DNA of 40,325 bases from Acidobacteriota bacterium (GTDB lineage: Bacteria > Acidobacteriota > Thermoanaerobaculia > Multivoradales > JAGPDF01): contig JBLMYC010000163.1 of the NCBI GenBank assembly GCA_050258075.1, forward strand, positions 1 through 40,325. The letters are read 5' to 3'. The translations under genes were made by a program, and so were the position numbers. Shown piece after piece: positions 1 through 11,029 of this stretch. The notes under the pieces are model-generated. The model saw only the letters and a program-made list of their open reading frames with translations. It was not told where the DNA came from and did no database searches. The stretch's first letter is position 1. Every line of letters begins with the position of its first letter.

Positions 1-792
1 GGCGAGCGCCAGGTTGCGCGCCTGGTGCGCCCCGAGCAGGCGCAGCGCGAGCTCGCCGTCGAGCTCGCGCCCGCGCAGTCGTACCTGCTGGCCGGCGAGC
101 CCGTTCGGCAGGGCACACAGCTCGGTCGTGTCGAGATTCGCGAAGCGCAGCGGTGTGCCGAGCCCGGCGGCGACCGCGCGCACCGTCTCCGCCGCCTCCG
201 GCGCCTCCTGCCAGACGACCGCCGGGCGGCCGGCACGCAGAATCCCCGCCTTCTCGCGCGCGATCGCGGCCAGCGTCGAGCCCAGGTGCTCGCGATGGTC
301 GAACGCGATCGGCGCGATGACCGAGAGCAGCAGCTCGGCGGCGTTGGTGGCGTCGAGCCGCCCGCCGAGACCGACCTCGAGCACCGCGAGGTCCAGTCGG
401 TCCTCGGCGAAGAGCAGGAACGCGGCGGCGGTCAACGCTTCGAAGTAGGTCGGCGGCGAGGGCAGGGTCCGCGCCGCCGCGAGCACCGCCTCGACCGCCG
501 CGCCGAGGCGCTCGCCGTCGACCGCGACGCCGTCGATCCGGCAGCGCTCCTCGACGTCCTCGAGATGCGGCGAGGTGTAGAGGCCGGTCCGATAGCCGGC
601 CGCGCCGAGCATCGAAGCGAGCAGCGCCGAGGTCGAGCCTTTCCCATTGGTGCCCGCGACGAGGACAGCGGGAAATCGGCGCTGCGGCTCGCCGAGCTCC
701 GTGAGCAGCCGGCGGATCGTCTCCAGGCCGAGCCGTACGCCGAAACGCTCGAGGGCGCCGAGCGCCGCCGCGGTGGGCGCGGGCAGAGACAT
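1..792 (-). CDS. folC: Folylpolyglutamate synthase/dihydrofolate synthase FolC, N-terminal 264 codons; the gene runs off the left edge of the window
   Basis: My own minus-strand translation from ATG at 792: MSLPAPTAAALGALERFGVRLGLETIRRLLTELGEPQRRFPAVLVAGTNGKGSTSALLASMLGAAGYRTGLYTSPHLEDVEERCRIDG... It has the Mur-ligase P-loop GTNGKGST. The frame is open to position 1, so it is absent from the ORF track (no stop in window). It shows the classical accD-folC synteny. Confidence 0.85.
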   Translation of the reverse strand, partial: MSLPAPTAAALGALERFGVRLGLETIRRLLTELGEPQRRFPAVLVAGTNGKGSTSALLASMLGAAGYRTGLYTSPHLEDVEERCRIDGVAVDGERLGAAVEAVLAAARTLPSPPTYFEALTAAAFLLFAEDRLDLAVLEVGLGGRLDATNAAELLLSVIAPIAFDHREHLGSTLAAIAREKAGILRAGRPAVVWQEAPEAAETVRAVAAGLGTPLRFANLDTTELCALPNGLAGQQVRLRGRELDGELALRLLGAHQARNLALA

Positions 793-810
793 GCCGTGCG
801 ACGCGGCCGG

Positions 811-1659
811 CTACTGCGCCAACAGGCGCAGGCAGCGCGCCACCGTCTCCTTGAGCTCGGTGCGCTTGACGACCAGGTCGAGGAAGCCCTTCTGCAGCAG
901 GAACTCGCTGGTTTGAAACCCTTCCGGCAGGCTCTGGCGGATCGTCTGCTCGATCACCCGCGGCCCGGCGAAGCCGATCAGCGCACCGGGCTCGGCGATG
1001 TTGAGGTCGCCGAGCATGGCGAAGGATGCGGTCACGCCGCCGGTCGTGGGATCGGTCAGGATCGAGAGGTACGGCAGCCGCGCTTCGCGCAGGCGGGCGA
1101 GGGCGGCGGAGATCTTCGCCATCTGCATCAGCGACAGGATCCCCTCCTGCATGCGTGCCCCACCCGAGGCCGACACCACCAGCAGCGGCCAGCGCCGCTC
1201 GAGTGCGCGCTCGGCGGCGCGGGTGATCTTCTCGCCCACCACCGAACCCATCGAGCCGCCCATGAAACGGTAGTCCATGACCGCCAGGACGACCGGGATC
1301 TCCTCGACGTGGCCCTCGACGACGATCAACGCGTCGGGCTCGCCGACGGCCTGTTGGTACACGCGCAGGCGATCGAGGTAGGGCTTGGAGTCCTTGAAGC
1401 CGAGCGGGTCGGTGGGCTTGACCGAGCGGTAGAGCTCGGGCGGCTGCGGCTCATCGAGCAGGAGCTGGATGCGGGCCCGGGCGTCGATGCGGAAGTGGTG
1501 GCCGCACTTCGGGCAGATGCGGAGATTTCGCTCCAGCTCCTTGGCGTAGATGATCTCCTTGCAGCCGTCGCACTTCGTCCACAGACCCTCGGGGACGCCG
1601 CTCGGCCGTTGATCCTGACGGATCGCCTTCGGCTTCTTGTCTTTCGTGAACCACGCCAT
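811..1659 (-). CDS. accD: Acetyl-CoA carboxylase carboxyltransferase beta subunit
   Basis: The 282 aa ORF has the N-terminal Zn-ribbon [26 protein letters not shown], followed by a carboxyltransferase domain ([27 protein letters not shown]). Confidence 0.95.
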   Translation of the reverse strand: MAWFTKDKKPKAIRQDQRPSGVPEGLWTKCDGCKEIIYAKELERNLRICPKCGHHFRIDARARIQLLLDEPQPPELYRSVKPTDPLGFKDSKPYLDRLRVYQQAVGEPDALIVVEGHVEEIPVVLAVMDYRFMGGSMGSVVGEKITRAAERALERRWPLLVVSASGGARMQEGILSLMQMAKISAALARLREARLPYLSILTDPTTGGVTASFAMLGDLNIAEPGALIGFAGPRVIEQTIRQSLPEGFQTSEFLLQKGFLDLVVKRTELKETVARCLRLLAQ

Positions 1660-1775
1660 GCGCAGCCTCGCGGGGGCCCGAGCGCGGGCCCCCCGCGAAC
1701 GGACTCGATCTGCCGGTGCGATGAGGCGGCGGGGGAGCCGCGTCGAGCCGACAGTGCCGCGGATCCGCTCCGCGG

Positions 1776-2006
1776 CTAGACCTCTGCCGCTTCCTCTTCC
1801 TCGGCGAGGTCGTTGGCGATGCCCAGGCGCAAGCAGGCGGCGTCGTACATCTGGCGCGCGGCCTTCTTGGCGTTCTGGAGCTCGGCAAGGCGGTCCTTGA
1901 CCTTGGCCAACTCCTCCTCGATCTGGCGATCGAGATCGCTGATCTCCTGCTTGGTGACCTGCAGCGAGTTCTCGTAGAACTTTCTTTGCTGCTCCGTCAG
2001 CGGCAT
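1776..2006 (-). CDS. Small (76 aa) acidic coiled-coil protein, function unknown
   Basis: Belongs to ORF 1776..2018. I prefer the ATG at 2006 because it is preceded by GGAGGA (minus strand) with 4 nt spacing; the GTG at 2018 is an alternative. The sequence [55 protein letters not shown] is heptad-like. It is co-oriented with the kinase gene and 53 nt downstream of it. Confidence 0.55.
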   Translation of the reverse strand: MPLTEQQRKFYENSLQVTKQEISDLDRQIEEELAKVKDRLAELQNAKKAARQMYDAACLRLGIANDLAEEEEAAEV

Positions 2007-2058
2007 GCGTTCCTCCACATAGATCCGATTCCGAACCCCCGCGACGATCCGCGCCGCG

Positions 2059-4986
<2,928 letters not shown>

Positions 4987-5018
4987 GGCACTCCTCTCGG
5001 CACCAAATGCGTCTGACG

Positions 5019-5047
5019 TTTTTAGCACCGCCTCACCGCGGAGTCAA
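5019..5047 (-). promoter_or_regulatory. Sigma70-like promoter for the kinase gene (TTGACT-N17-TAAAAA)
   Basis: The minus strand reads TTGACT (5047..5042), a 17 nt spacer, then TAAAAA (5024..5019). This is about 26 nt upstream of ATG 4986, which carries the GAGAGGAG SD. Confidence 0.45.
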
Positions 5048-5104
5048 ATGAAGGACCTCGAATAGGAGGCTTATTTTGCATGCAGTTAGCCGTCACCCGT
5101 CCGC

Positions 5105-5110
5105 TACAAT
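5105..5110 (+). promoter_or_regulatory. -10-like box TACAAT (within CCGCTACAAT), 9 nt upstream of the ruvC TTG start
   Basis: Sequence read directly. The same CCGCTACAAT decamer recurs at 23591-23600, and GCTACAAT recurs at 12511-12518. Confidence 0.4.
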
Positions 5111-5119
5111 GGCAACTGC

Positions 5120-5611
5120 TTGCGCATCCTCGGCCTCGACCCTGGAAGCCTCCATACCGGCTACGGTCTGATCGACCGGCAGGGCTCGACGCTGCGCGTC
5201 ATCGAGGCCGGCCGCATCTCCTGCCCGCGCGACCAGCCGTTGGCCGAGCGCCTCGCGCTCCTGGTGCGCGAGCTCGGCGACCTGCTCGATCGACTGGGTC
5301 CGGAGGCAGCGGCGGTCGAATCGCCGTTCCTCGGCCGCAGCTCCCGATCGCTGATCGTCCTCGCGCAGGCGCGCGGCGCATTGCTCGCGGCCCTCGCCAG
5401 CCGCGGCGTGCCGGCCCGCGAGTACTCGCCGGCCGAGGTCAAGGTCGCGGTGACCGGCAACGGCCGCGCCGACAAGACCCAGGTCGCGCGAATGGTGCGC
5501 CTGCTGCTCGCCCTGCCGGCCCGGGCGGCGAGCGCCGATACGACCGACGCCCTGGCGATCGCCATCTGCTGCGCCCAGCGCCAGCAGATGGAGCGGGTGC
5601 TGGCACGCTAG
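5120..5611 (+). CDS. ruvC: Crossover junction endodeoxyribonuclease RuvC (Holliday junction resolvase)
   Basis: 163 aa: (M)RILGLDPGSLHTGYGLID ... ESPF ... AEVKVAVTGNGRADKTQV ... DTTDALAIAICCA. These are the canonical RuvC catalytic acidic motifs. The start codon is TTG. No ruvA/ruvB is adjacent. Confidence 0.93.
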   Translation: MRILGLDPGSLHTGYGLIDRQGSTLRVIEAGRISCPRDQPLAERLALLVRELGDLLDRLGPEAAAVESPFLGRSSRSLIVLAQARGALLAALASRGVPAREYSPAEVKVAVTGNGRADKTQVARMVRLLLALPARAASADTTDALAIAICCAQRQQMERVLAR

Positions 5612-5618
5612 CGTTCCT

Positions 5619-5648
5619 TGACCCCTTTTTTTTCCGCGTGTTAGCATG
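5619..5648 (+). promoter_or_regulatory. Sigma70-like promoter (TTGACC-N18-TAGCAT) upstream of the DUF4388 gene
   Basis: TTGACC at 5619-5624 and TAGCAT at 5643-5648. The spacer contains an unusual T8 run (5627-5634). Confidence 0.4.
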
Positions 5649-5729
5649 CGATCCGACCTAATTCAGGCGGCGCATCGACGCGCGGATCCGCGACTTTCGG
5701 CCCGCCGGCGAGGTCCGCCCGAGGAGTTC

Positions 5730-6554
5730 ATGGCTTTTCAAGGATCACTGCGCGAGCTTCCCCTCCCGGACATCATCCAGCTCGTGTCGGTTTCGGGTAA
5801 GACCGGCGTCTTCACGCTGAAGAACGGATCCTCCAGCGGCGACATCTACCTGCGCAAGGGCCAGATCGTGCACGCCGAAGCCGGCGACCTGCGCGGCGAG
5901 GAAGCGGTCTACGAGCTGGCGATCTGGCGCGAGGGCGAGTTCGTGTTCACGCCGGGCAAGGAGACCGACACGGTTTCCATCCAGAAGTCCAACACCAACC
6001 TGCTGATGGAAGCGGCGCGGCGCATCGACGAGTGGCAGGTGCTCTCGAAGCGCATCCCGTCGACCCGGCTGGTGCCGGTCTTCACCGACCAAGGCGTGAA
6101 CACCTCGGTTTCGCTGACCCCCCAGGAATGGGCGGTGATCTGCAAGATCGACGAACGCCGGTCGATCGACGAGATCGCGACCGGCCTCGGCAGCAGCCCG
6201 TTCGAGGTCTGCAAGCTGCTGTACGGACTGATCACCTCCGGCCTGGTCACTCTCAAGGAGGACCTGGCGCAGATCAATCCGGAGCGGCTGCGCCGCCTGA
6301 CGACCCCCGAGCTGACGCAGACGATCGATCGTCTGCACCGCCTGGCGACCGGCCTGCTCGCCAACCATGAGCGCGCCGGCGAGCTCGATCACGCGCTGCG
6401 CTCGAGCCGGGTGGCGCTCGAGGCCGGGCGTGGCGTCGACGCGGTGCTCGACCTGGTGCGGGCGCAGGAGAAGGCGGTCTCGGCGGCGCTCGGCCCCAAC
6501 CAGTCCAAGGCGTTCCTCGACCGGGTCGGGCAGCTCCTCGCCGTCAACGCCTGA
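5730..6554 (+). CDS. DUF4388 (PATAN-type) domain protein
   Basis: Belongs to ORF 5646..6554. I place the start at ATG 5730, which has GAGGAG 4 nt upstream. The N-terminus MAFQGSLRELPLPDIIQLVSVSGKTGVFTLKNGSSSGDIYLRKGQIVHAEAGDLRGEEAVYELAIWREGEFVF is the characteristic DUF4388 signature. Confidence 0.8.
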   Translation: MAFQGSLRELPLPDIIQLVSVSGKTGVFTLKNGSSSGDIYLRKGQIVHAEAGDLRGEEAVYELAIWREGEFVFTPGKETDTVSIQKSNTNLLMEAARRIDEWQVLSKRIPSTRLVPVFTDQGVNTSVSLTPQEWAVICKIDERRSIDEIATGLGSSPFEVCKLLYGLITSGLVTLKEDLAQINPERLRRLTTPELTQTIDRLHRLATGLLANHERAGELDHALRSSRVALEAGRGVDAVLDLVRAQEKAVSAALGPNQSKAFLDRVGQLLAVNA

Positions 6555-6585
6555 CCGTCCCGGCGCGTTGATAGGATCGCGCGCC

Positions 6586-7800
6586 GTGCCCCCCTGGTTG
6601 TCGCGCGCTCTCGTTCTTGCCGCGCTCGGTCTCGTGGTCGCAGTGTCCGTGCCGGCGTGGGCGGAAGCCGCGGACGACGCCACCTCGGCACCGTCACCCA
6701 CCACCTCATCCGGATCGAAGGGCGAGCCCGGAACGAAGTCGGCGCAGCCGCGCGTCGACATCCTGCTTCCCGACGGCGACTTCGACTTCCGCCTCGGCCG
6801 GCTGATCAAGAGCGCGCTCGTCGAGGGCCAGTTCCGCTACAACTTCGCGCGCGGCGACATCAACGCCTATCTGCGCTATCGCTACTACGGCCGCGACCGC
6901 ACCTATCAGCTCAGCCTGTTCGACACCGTCTCGTTCGAGCAGATCCAGAAGCTCTCCAACGATTTCACGCGGGTGCGCGGCACTTCCTTCCTGATCACCT
7001 GGCCGCAGGACTTCTACCGCCGCCTGTCGCTGCTGACCGAGCTCGACAGCATCAACTCCAACCGCCTGTCGGAGCGCTTCACGACCGACAAGAGCAACAC
7101 ATTCGTCCGCCTCGGCTATCAGTACGGCACGCCCAACGACGAGCGCTCGAACGCGATCGTCGGCGAGAGCCGACCGCGAGTGCAGCGCCTGTTCACGGCC
7201 TACCAGGAGATCGGTCCGCAAGGCTTCGGTCTCACCGGCGCGCTGACCTCCAGCTTCGAGGTGCTGGGCAGCTCGTTCAGCTATCTGCGCGGCGAGCTCG
7301 AGGGGTTGAAACGCTTCAACTTCGGCAGCGGCCGCACGTTTCTGATCGCCCGTCTGCACGGCGGCACCTTCTTCGCGAAGAAGGTCGTGCGCAGCGGGCC
7401 GGACGTCGCTCCGGCCGACCGCTACGCGATCCCGATCGGCGATCTCTTCGCGCTCGGCGGCGCCGACAACCTGCGCGGCGTCAGCAGCGCAGTCTCCGGC
7501 ACCGACGAGCTGCACGCGACGGCCGAGTTCTTCCTGCCCTGGTTCGTCGATCAGGACCGGCGCGCCCTGTGGCTCGACTGGCACAGCTGGTACTGGGTCG
7601 CGTACGCCGGCTACGGCGCCGCGGTGTTCTCCCGCCGGGACCTGGGCGAGCTCACCAACTACATCCCCGACGTGGGCATCGGCGTCGAAACCCATTTCAC
7701 GCTCAAGCAGTTCAACTTCTTCCTCTCCGCCATCGTCGCTCAGCCGCTGAAGGGCTCCTTCGGCCCCAAGGCGCGGGTCTCTATCAAGTCCTTCCGCTGA
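6586..7800 (+). CDS. Secreted outer-membrane beta-barrel protein, Omp85/surface-antigen-like barrel with no visible POTRA domain
   Basis: In-frame GTG at 6586 within ORF 6367..7800, giving the signal peptide VPPWLSRALVLAALGLVVAVSVPAWA. The body has alternating aromatic/hydrophilic beta-strand periodicity. An Omp85-type motif LGGADNLRG is present. The start position is inferred. Confidence 0.6.
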   Translation: MPPWLSRALVLAALGLVVAVSVPAWAEAADDATSAPSPTTSSGSKGEPGTKSAQPRVDILLPDGDFDFRLGRLIKSALVEGQFRYNFARGDINAYLRYRYYGRDRTYQLSLFDTVSFEQIQKLSNDFTRVRGTSFLITWPQDFYRRLSLLTELDSINSNRLSERFTTDKSNTFVRLGYQYGTPNDERSNAIVGESRPRVQRLFTAYQEIGPQGFGLTGALTSSFEVLGSSFSYLRGELEGLKRFNFGSGRTFLIARLHGGTFFAKKVVRSGPDVAPADRYAIPIGDLFALGGADNLRGVSSAVSGTDELHATAEFFLPWFVDQDRRALWLDWHSWYWVAYAGYGAAVFSRRDLGELTNYIPDVGIGVETHFTLKQFNFFLSAIVAQPLKGSFGPKARVSIKSFR

Positions 7801-7826
7801 GGCCACCCGGCTCGCGGCGGGCGGTA

Positions 7827-7832
7827 TAGAAT
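7827..7832 (+). promoter_or_regulatory. -10-like TAGAAT (within TATAGAAT) upstream of the OmpA-family gene
   Basis: Read directly. It lies about 70 nt upstream of ATG 7904, which has a GGAGGGG SD. Confidence 0.3.
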
Positions 7833-7903
7833 CTGCATATACCGGCGGACCGCGGGGCGAGAGAGGGTGACCCCGCCGGCCCCGCCAAGGTCTGGAGGGG
7901 ACA

Positions 7904-9271
7904 ATGAAAAAGACATGGTTGCTCCTGATCGCCGGCTGCCTGGCGCTGGCGCCAGCCGCCGTCGCCGGCGGCGAGGACGCGAACGCCGCGAGCTCGACCG
8001 GCGAGACGGGTTACTTCGATCTACTCTCGGCCGACACGGTGCCGCAAGGCGCCTGGTCGCTCGGTCTGTATGGCAACAACTGGGACCGGCTGTCGCAGAA
8101 GAAGCTGCCCGCGATCCGCGGCGGCAGCGACTATCTCGACTGGGACTGGACGCGCTTCTCGGCGAGCGTCGGCTACGGCATCACGGATCGCTGGGAGGTC
8201 AGCCTGATGGTGCCGTACGACGACTTCCGGCGCACCTACCAGCTGAGCGACGTGAGCGGCCTCGGCAACGCGCGGATCGCCACCAAGTTCCGCCTGTTTG
8301 GCGAAGCTGGTGACAACTCGCGCCTTGCGATCCACCTGTTCGTCGAGCCGCGCACCAGCGACAGCGGCTTGAACGACATCCCGGCGCCGGCGAACTTCCC
8401 GAGCGGGGTCGACAACCTCGCGGTCGCCGGACACGACACCGGTTTCGGCGGCGGCCTCGACTGGAACATCGGCAAGTGGGTGCTCAACGCCGCGTATCAC
8501 GACCCCGGCAAGCCGCTGCCCAAGGCAACGATCGGCGGCATCGGCTACATCGGCAATGTCACCGATCGCTTCAACTGGATCACCGAGCTCGTCGCCACCT
8601 CCTACAACGGCGGCGACATCAAGACGCGCACCAGCGTCGATCTGACCTCGGGTGGCCGGTTGTGGCTCGGCGAGGCCCAGAACTGGGCGCTGTCCTTCGG
8701 TCTGCGCATGGATCTCAACCAGGTGCACGACATCGACCAGCACTGCCCGATCGGCGGCGTCGTGGGCCTGTCCTTCTTCCCGCGCCTGGCCAAGCACGTG
8801 GCTCCGCCACCGCCACCGCCGGCCCCGGCTCCGGTGACGACTCCGCCGCCCGCTCCGGCCCCGCCGCCGGCCCCGGCCCCGGAGGCCGCTCCCGCGCCCG
8901 CGCCGCCACCGCCGGCTCCGGCCCCCAAGCCCGAGCAGCGTGAGGTCGTGAACTTCGGCTCCGGCGGCGCCCGCCTGTCGAACATCGCCAAGGCGAAGCT
9001 CGACGAGGTGGCGCTCAAGATGAAGCAGGACCCGGCGCTGCGCGCCACGGTGCTCGGCTACTCCGACAGTCAGGGGAGCGAGGCCGCCAACCTGAAGATC
9101 AGCCAGCAGCGCGCCGAAGCGGTGAAGGACTACCTGGTGAAGCGCCACGGCATCGACGCGGCGCGCATCACCACCGAGGGCAAGGGCTCGGCGGACCCGG
9201 TGGGCGACAACGCGACCGCCGCCGGACGCCAGGAGAACCGCCGCGCGGTGATCATCCTGAAGGCCGAGTAG
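7904..9271 (+). CDS. OmpA-family outer membrane protein (N-terminal barrel, Pro/Ala linker, C-terminal OmpA peptidoglycan-binding domain)
   Basis: Signal peptide MKKTWLLLIAGCLALAPAAVA. Linker PPPPPPAPAPVTTPPPAPAPPPAPAPEAAPAPAPPPPAPAPKPE. OmpA_C motifs: LGYSDSQGSEAANLKISQQRAEAVKDYL ... NRRAVIIL. Confidence 0.9.
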   Translation: MKKTWLLLIAGCLALAPAAVAGGEDANAASSTGETGYFDLLSADTVPQGAWSLGLYGNNWDRLSQKKLPAIRGGSDYLDWDWTRFSASVGYGITDRWEVSLMVPYDDFRRTYQLSDVSGLGNARIATKFRLFGEAGDNSRLAIHLFVEPRTSDSGLNDIPAPANFPSGVDNLAVAGHDTGFGGGLDWNIGKWVLNAAYHDPGKPLPKATIGGIGYIGNVTDRFNWITELVATSYNGGDIKTRTSVDLTSGGRLWLGEAQNWALSFGLRMDLNQVHDIDQHCPIGGVVGLSFFPRLAKHVAPPPPPPAPAPVTTPPPAPAPPPAPAPEAAPAPAPPPPAPAPKPEQREVVNFGSGGARLSNIAKAKLDEVALKMKQDPALRATVLGYSDSQGSEAANLKISQQRAEAVKDYLVKRHGIDAARITTEGKGSADPVGDNATAAGRQENRRAVIILKAE

Positions 9272-9294
9272 GTCGAGTCGGCCTCTGGCACTCC

Positions 9295-9331
9295 GCCCCG
9301 TCCGGCCTGCGCCGGGCGGGGCGTTCGTTTT
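9295..9331 (+). terminator. Rho-independent terminator after the OmpA-family gene
   Basis: An 11-bp GC-rich stem, GCCCCGTCCGG (9295-9305) with CCGGGCGGGGC (9312-9322, one G-U pair), a CCTGCG loop, then GTTCGTTTT. Confidence 0.7.
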
Positions 9332-9343
9332 CATTCAGCTAGC

Positions 9344-10258
9344 TCAGTTTTCCGGCGCCGGCGCGCCGAGGTTCTCGCGGCGCAGCGAGAGGATGGCGCC
9401 GACCAACCCGGCGGCTGCGCCGAGCGCCAGCAGGCCGACGATCTGCTGCCAGGGCAGGAAGTCGCCGGCCAGCATCCACGCGACCAGCGACTCCGTGGCG
9501 CGCGGACGCAGGACGCTGTGGGCCGCGAACAGGCTACCGACCGCCAGACCCGAGCCGAGAAGACCCTCGAGCAGACCCTCGGCATAGAACGGCCCGCGGA
9601 TGAAGAACTCGGTGCCGCCGACCAGGCGCAGGATCGCGATCTCCTCGGCGTACAGGTACGCGGTCAGCCGGATCACGCTGCCGATCGTGAACACCGCCGC
9701 GCCGAGCAGCACCGCGCCGAGCGCCAGGCCGATGCCGCGCACGATGGCGACCGCGGTCTCGAGCTGACGCAGCCAGTCGCGATCGTCGTCGACCATGGCC
9801 ACCGCGGGCAGCGCCCGCAACTGCGCCGTCCAGGCCGCGAAGGCCGCGGGATCCGCGCGCTCGGCGTCGAACGCGACCTCGAAGGACGGCGGCAGCGGAT
9901 CCTCGGTCCAGCCTTCGACGAGGTCCGCCATGCTGGGGAACAGGCTGCGGAAGCGCTGCTTGGCTTCCTCCGCGGCGATCTCGCGCACGCTCTTCACCCA
10001 GGGCCTGGGCGCGATCGCATCGCGCACCGCCTGCACCGCTTCGGGGGCCGGCGCGGCGCGCAGATAGACGACCAGCCGCGCCTCTTCGCGCCAGGTGGAA
10101 ACGACCCGCGCCATGTTGCCGCTGATCAGCAGGAAGGTGCCACCGACGAACAGGCTGACCGCGATCGTCAGCACCGCCAGGACGCTGACCCGCCAGCCGC
10201 GCAGCACGTTGAGGACCGCTTCGCGCAGAAAGTAGGAGATCGCGCGCCACAGGGTCAC
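9344..10258 (-). CDS. ftsX: Cell division ABC transporter permease FtsX
   Basis: 304 aa with a GTG start overlapping the ftsE stop (GTGA). It has N-terminal LREAVLNVLRGWRVSVLAVLTIAVSLFV, a periplasmic loop and three C-terminal TM helices, which is the typical FtsX topology. Confidence 0.9.
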   Translation of the reverse strand: MTLWRAISYFLREAVLNVLRGWRVSVLAVLTIAVSLFVGGTFLLISGNMARVVSTWREEARLVVYLRAAPAPEAVQAVRDAIAPRPWVKSVREIAAEEAKQRFRSLFPSMADLVEGWTEDPLPPSFEVAFDAERADPAAFAAWTAQLRALPAVAMVDDDRDWLRQLETAVAIVRGIGLALGAVLLGAAVFTIGSVIRLTAYLYAEEIAILRLVGGTEFFIRGPFYAEGLLEGLLGSGLAVGSLFAAHSVLRPRATESLVAWMLAGDFLPWQQIVGLLALGAAAGLVGAILSLRRENLGAPAPEN

Positions 10259-11004
10259 GTCGGCCCAGCCTCCGCGTCCGGCGCCGCCTCGACCGCGGCC
10301 TCGTCGAGGGTCGGTGCCGGCGGCAGGGACGCGGCGGGGCTCGCCGGCTGGTCGGCGACCAGATGCCCCTGTGCCAGGGTCAGCACCCGCCGACCCATCC
10401 GCTGAATGGTGTCGCGGTCGTGGGTGGCGAGAATCACGGTCGTTCCCCGCAGATTGACCTCGACCAGAAGGCGCAGGATCTCCTGCGAAAGGTCGGGATC
10501 GAGATTGCCGGTCGGCTCGTCGGCGAGCAGGATTTCCGGCTCGTTGATCAGCGCCCGCGCGATCGCCACTCGCTGCTTCTCACCGCCCGAGAGCTCGAGG
10601 GGAAAAGCGTTCATGCGGTGCGCGAGGCCGACCCGACGCAGGGTCTCGTAGGCCAGCTTGCGCTGGCGCTCCTTGTCCATCCCCAGGATGCGCGGCAGGT
10701 AGGAGACGTTCTCGAAAACCGTCTTACGGGCGATCAGGCGGAAGTCCTGGAAGACCACGCCGATCGCGCGCCGCAGGTAGGGCACCTTGCGGCGCGGCAG
10801 CGAGGAGACGTTGCGCCCGTTGACCAGGATCTGTCCGGTCGTCGGCACGTCTTCGCGGAAGATGAGCCGCAAGAGGCTGGTTTTGCCGGCGCCGCTCGGT
10901 CCGGTCAGGAACACCATCTCGCCGCGCGCGATCTCGAACGTGACGTCGTCGAGCGCGGTCTGGCCGCCCGGGAAGCGTTTGCCGACGTGGAAGAACTGGA
11001 TCAC
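10255..11004 (-). CDS. ftsE: Cell division ATP-binding protein FtsE
   Basis: Start taken at GTG 11004 ([11 protein letters not shown]), downstream of the gatB stop. Walker [10 protein letters not shown], signature [15 protein letters not shown], Walker [13 protein letters not shown]. Confidence 0.92.
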   Translation of the reverse strand: MIQFFHVGKRFPGGQTALDDVTFEIARGEMVFLTGPSGAGKTSLLRLIFREDVPTTGQILVNGRNVSSLPRRKVPYLRRAIGVVFQDFRLIARKTVFENVSYLPRILGMDKERQRKLAYETLRRVGLAHRMNAFPLELSGGEKQRVAIARALINEPEILLADEPTGNLDPDLSQEILRLLVEVNLRGTTVILATHDRDTIQRMGRRVLTLAQGHLVADQPASPAASLPPAPTLDEAAVEAAPDAEAGPT

Positions 11005-11029
11005 CGCAGGTTCGCTGGGGGTGGAGGCT

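Noticed and set aside
25-1779. 584 aa plus-strand ORF spanning folC and accD
   Set aside because: It is antisense to two genes with unmistakable motifs. The translation is Arg/Gly/Ala/Asp-rich low-complexity sequence, typical of a shadow ORF in ~70% GC DNA.
4987-5028. Upstream ATG 5028 as the kinase start. Similar long N-terminal extensions appear in the ORF track for bamD (to 20797), the LysM gene (to 18823), YfhO-like 2 (to 31732), the UbiA gene (from 30713), the OMP (from 6367), ftsE (to 11094) and others.
   Set aside because: The extensions overlap upstream genes or promoters, lack SD sequences and are Arg-rich. The internal starts are supported by signal peptides, lipoboxes, SD sequences, 4-nt overlaps or family-typical N-termini.
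5627-5634. T8 run after ruvC as a Rho-independent terminator
   Set aside because: No stable stem precedes it. It lies in the spacer of a TTGACC-N18-TAGCAT promoter-like element instead.
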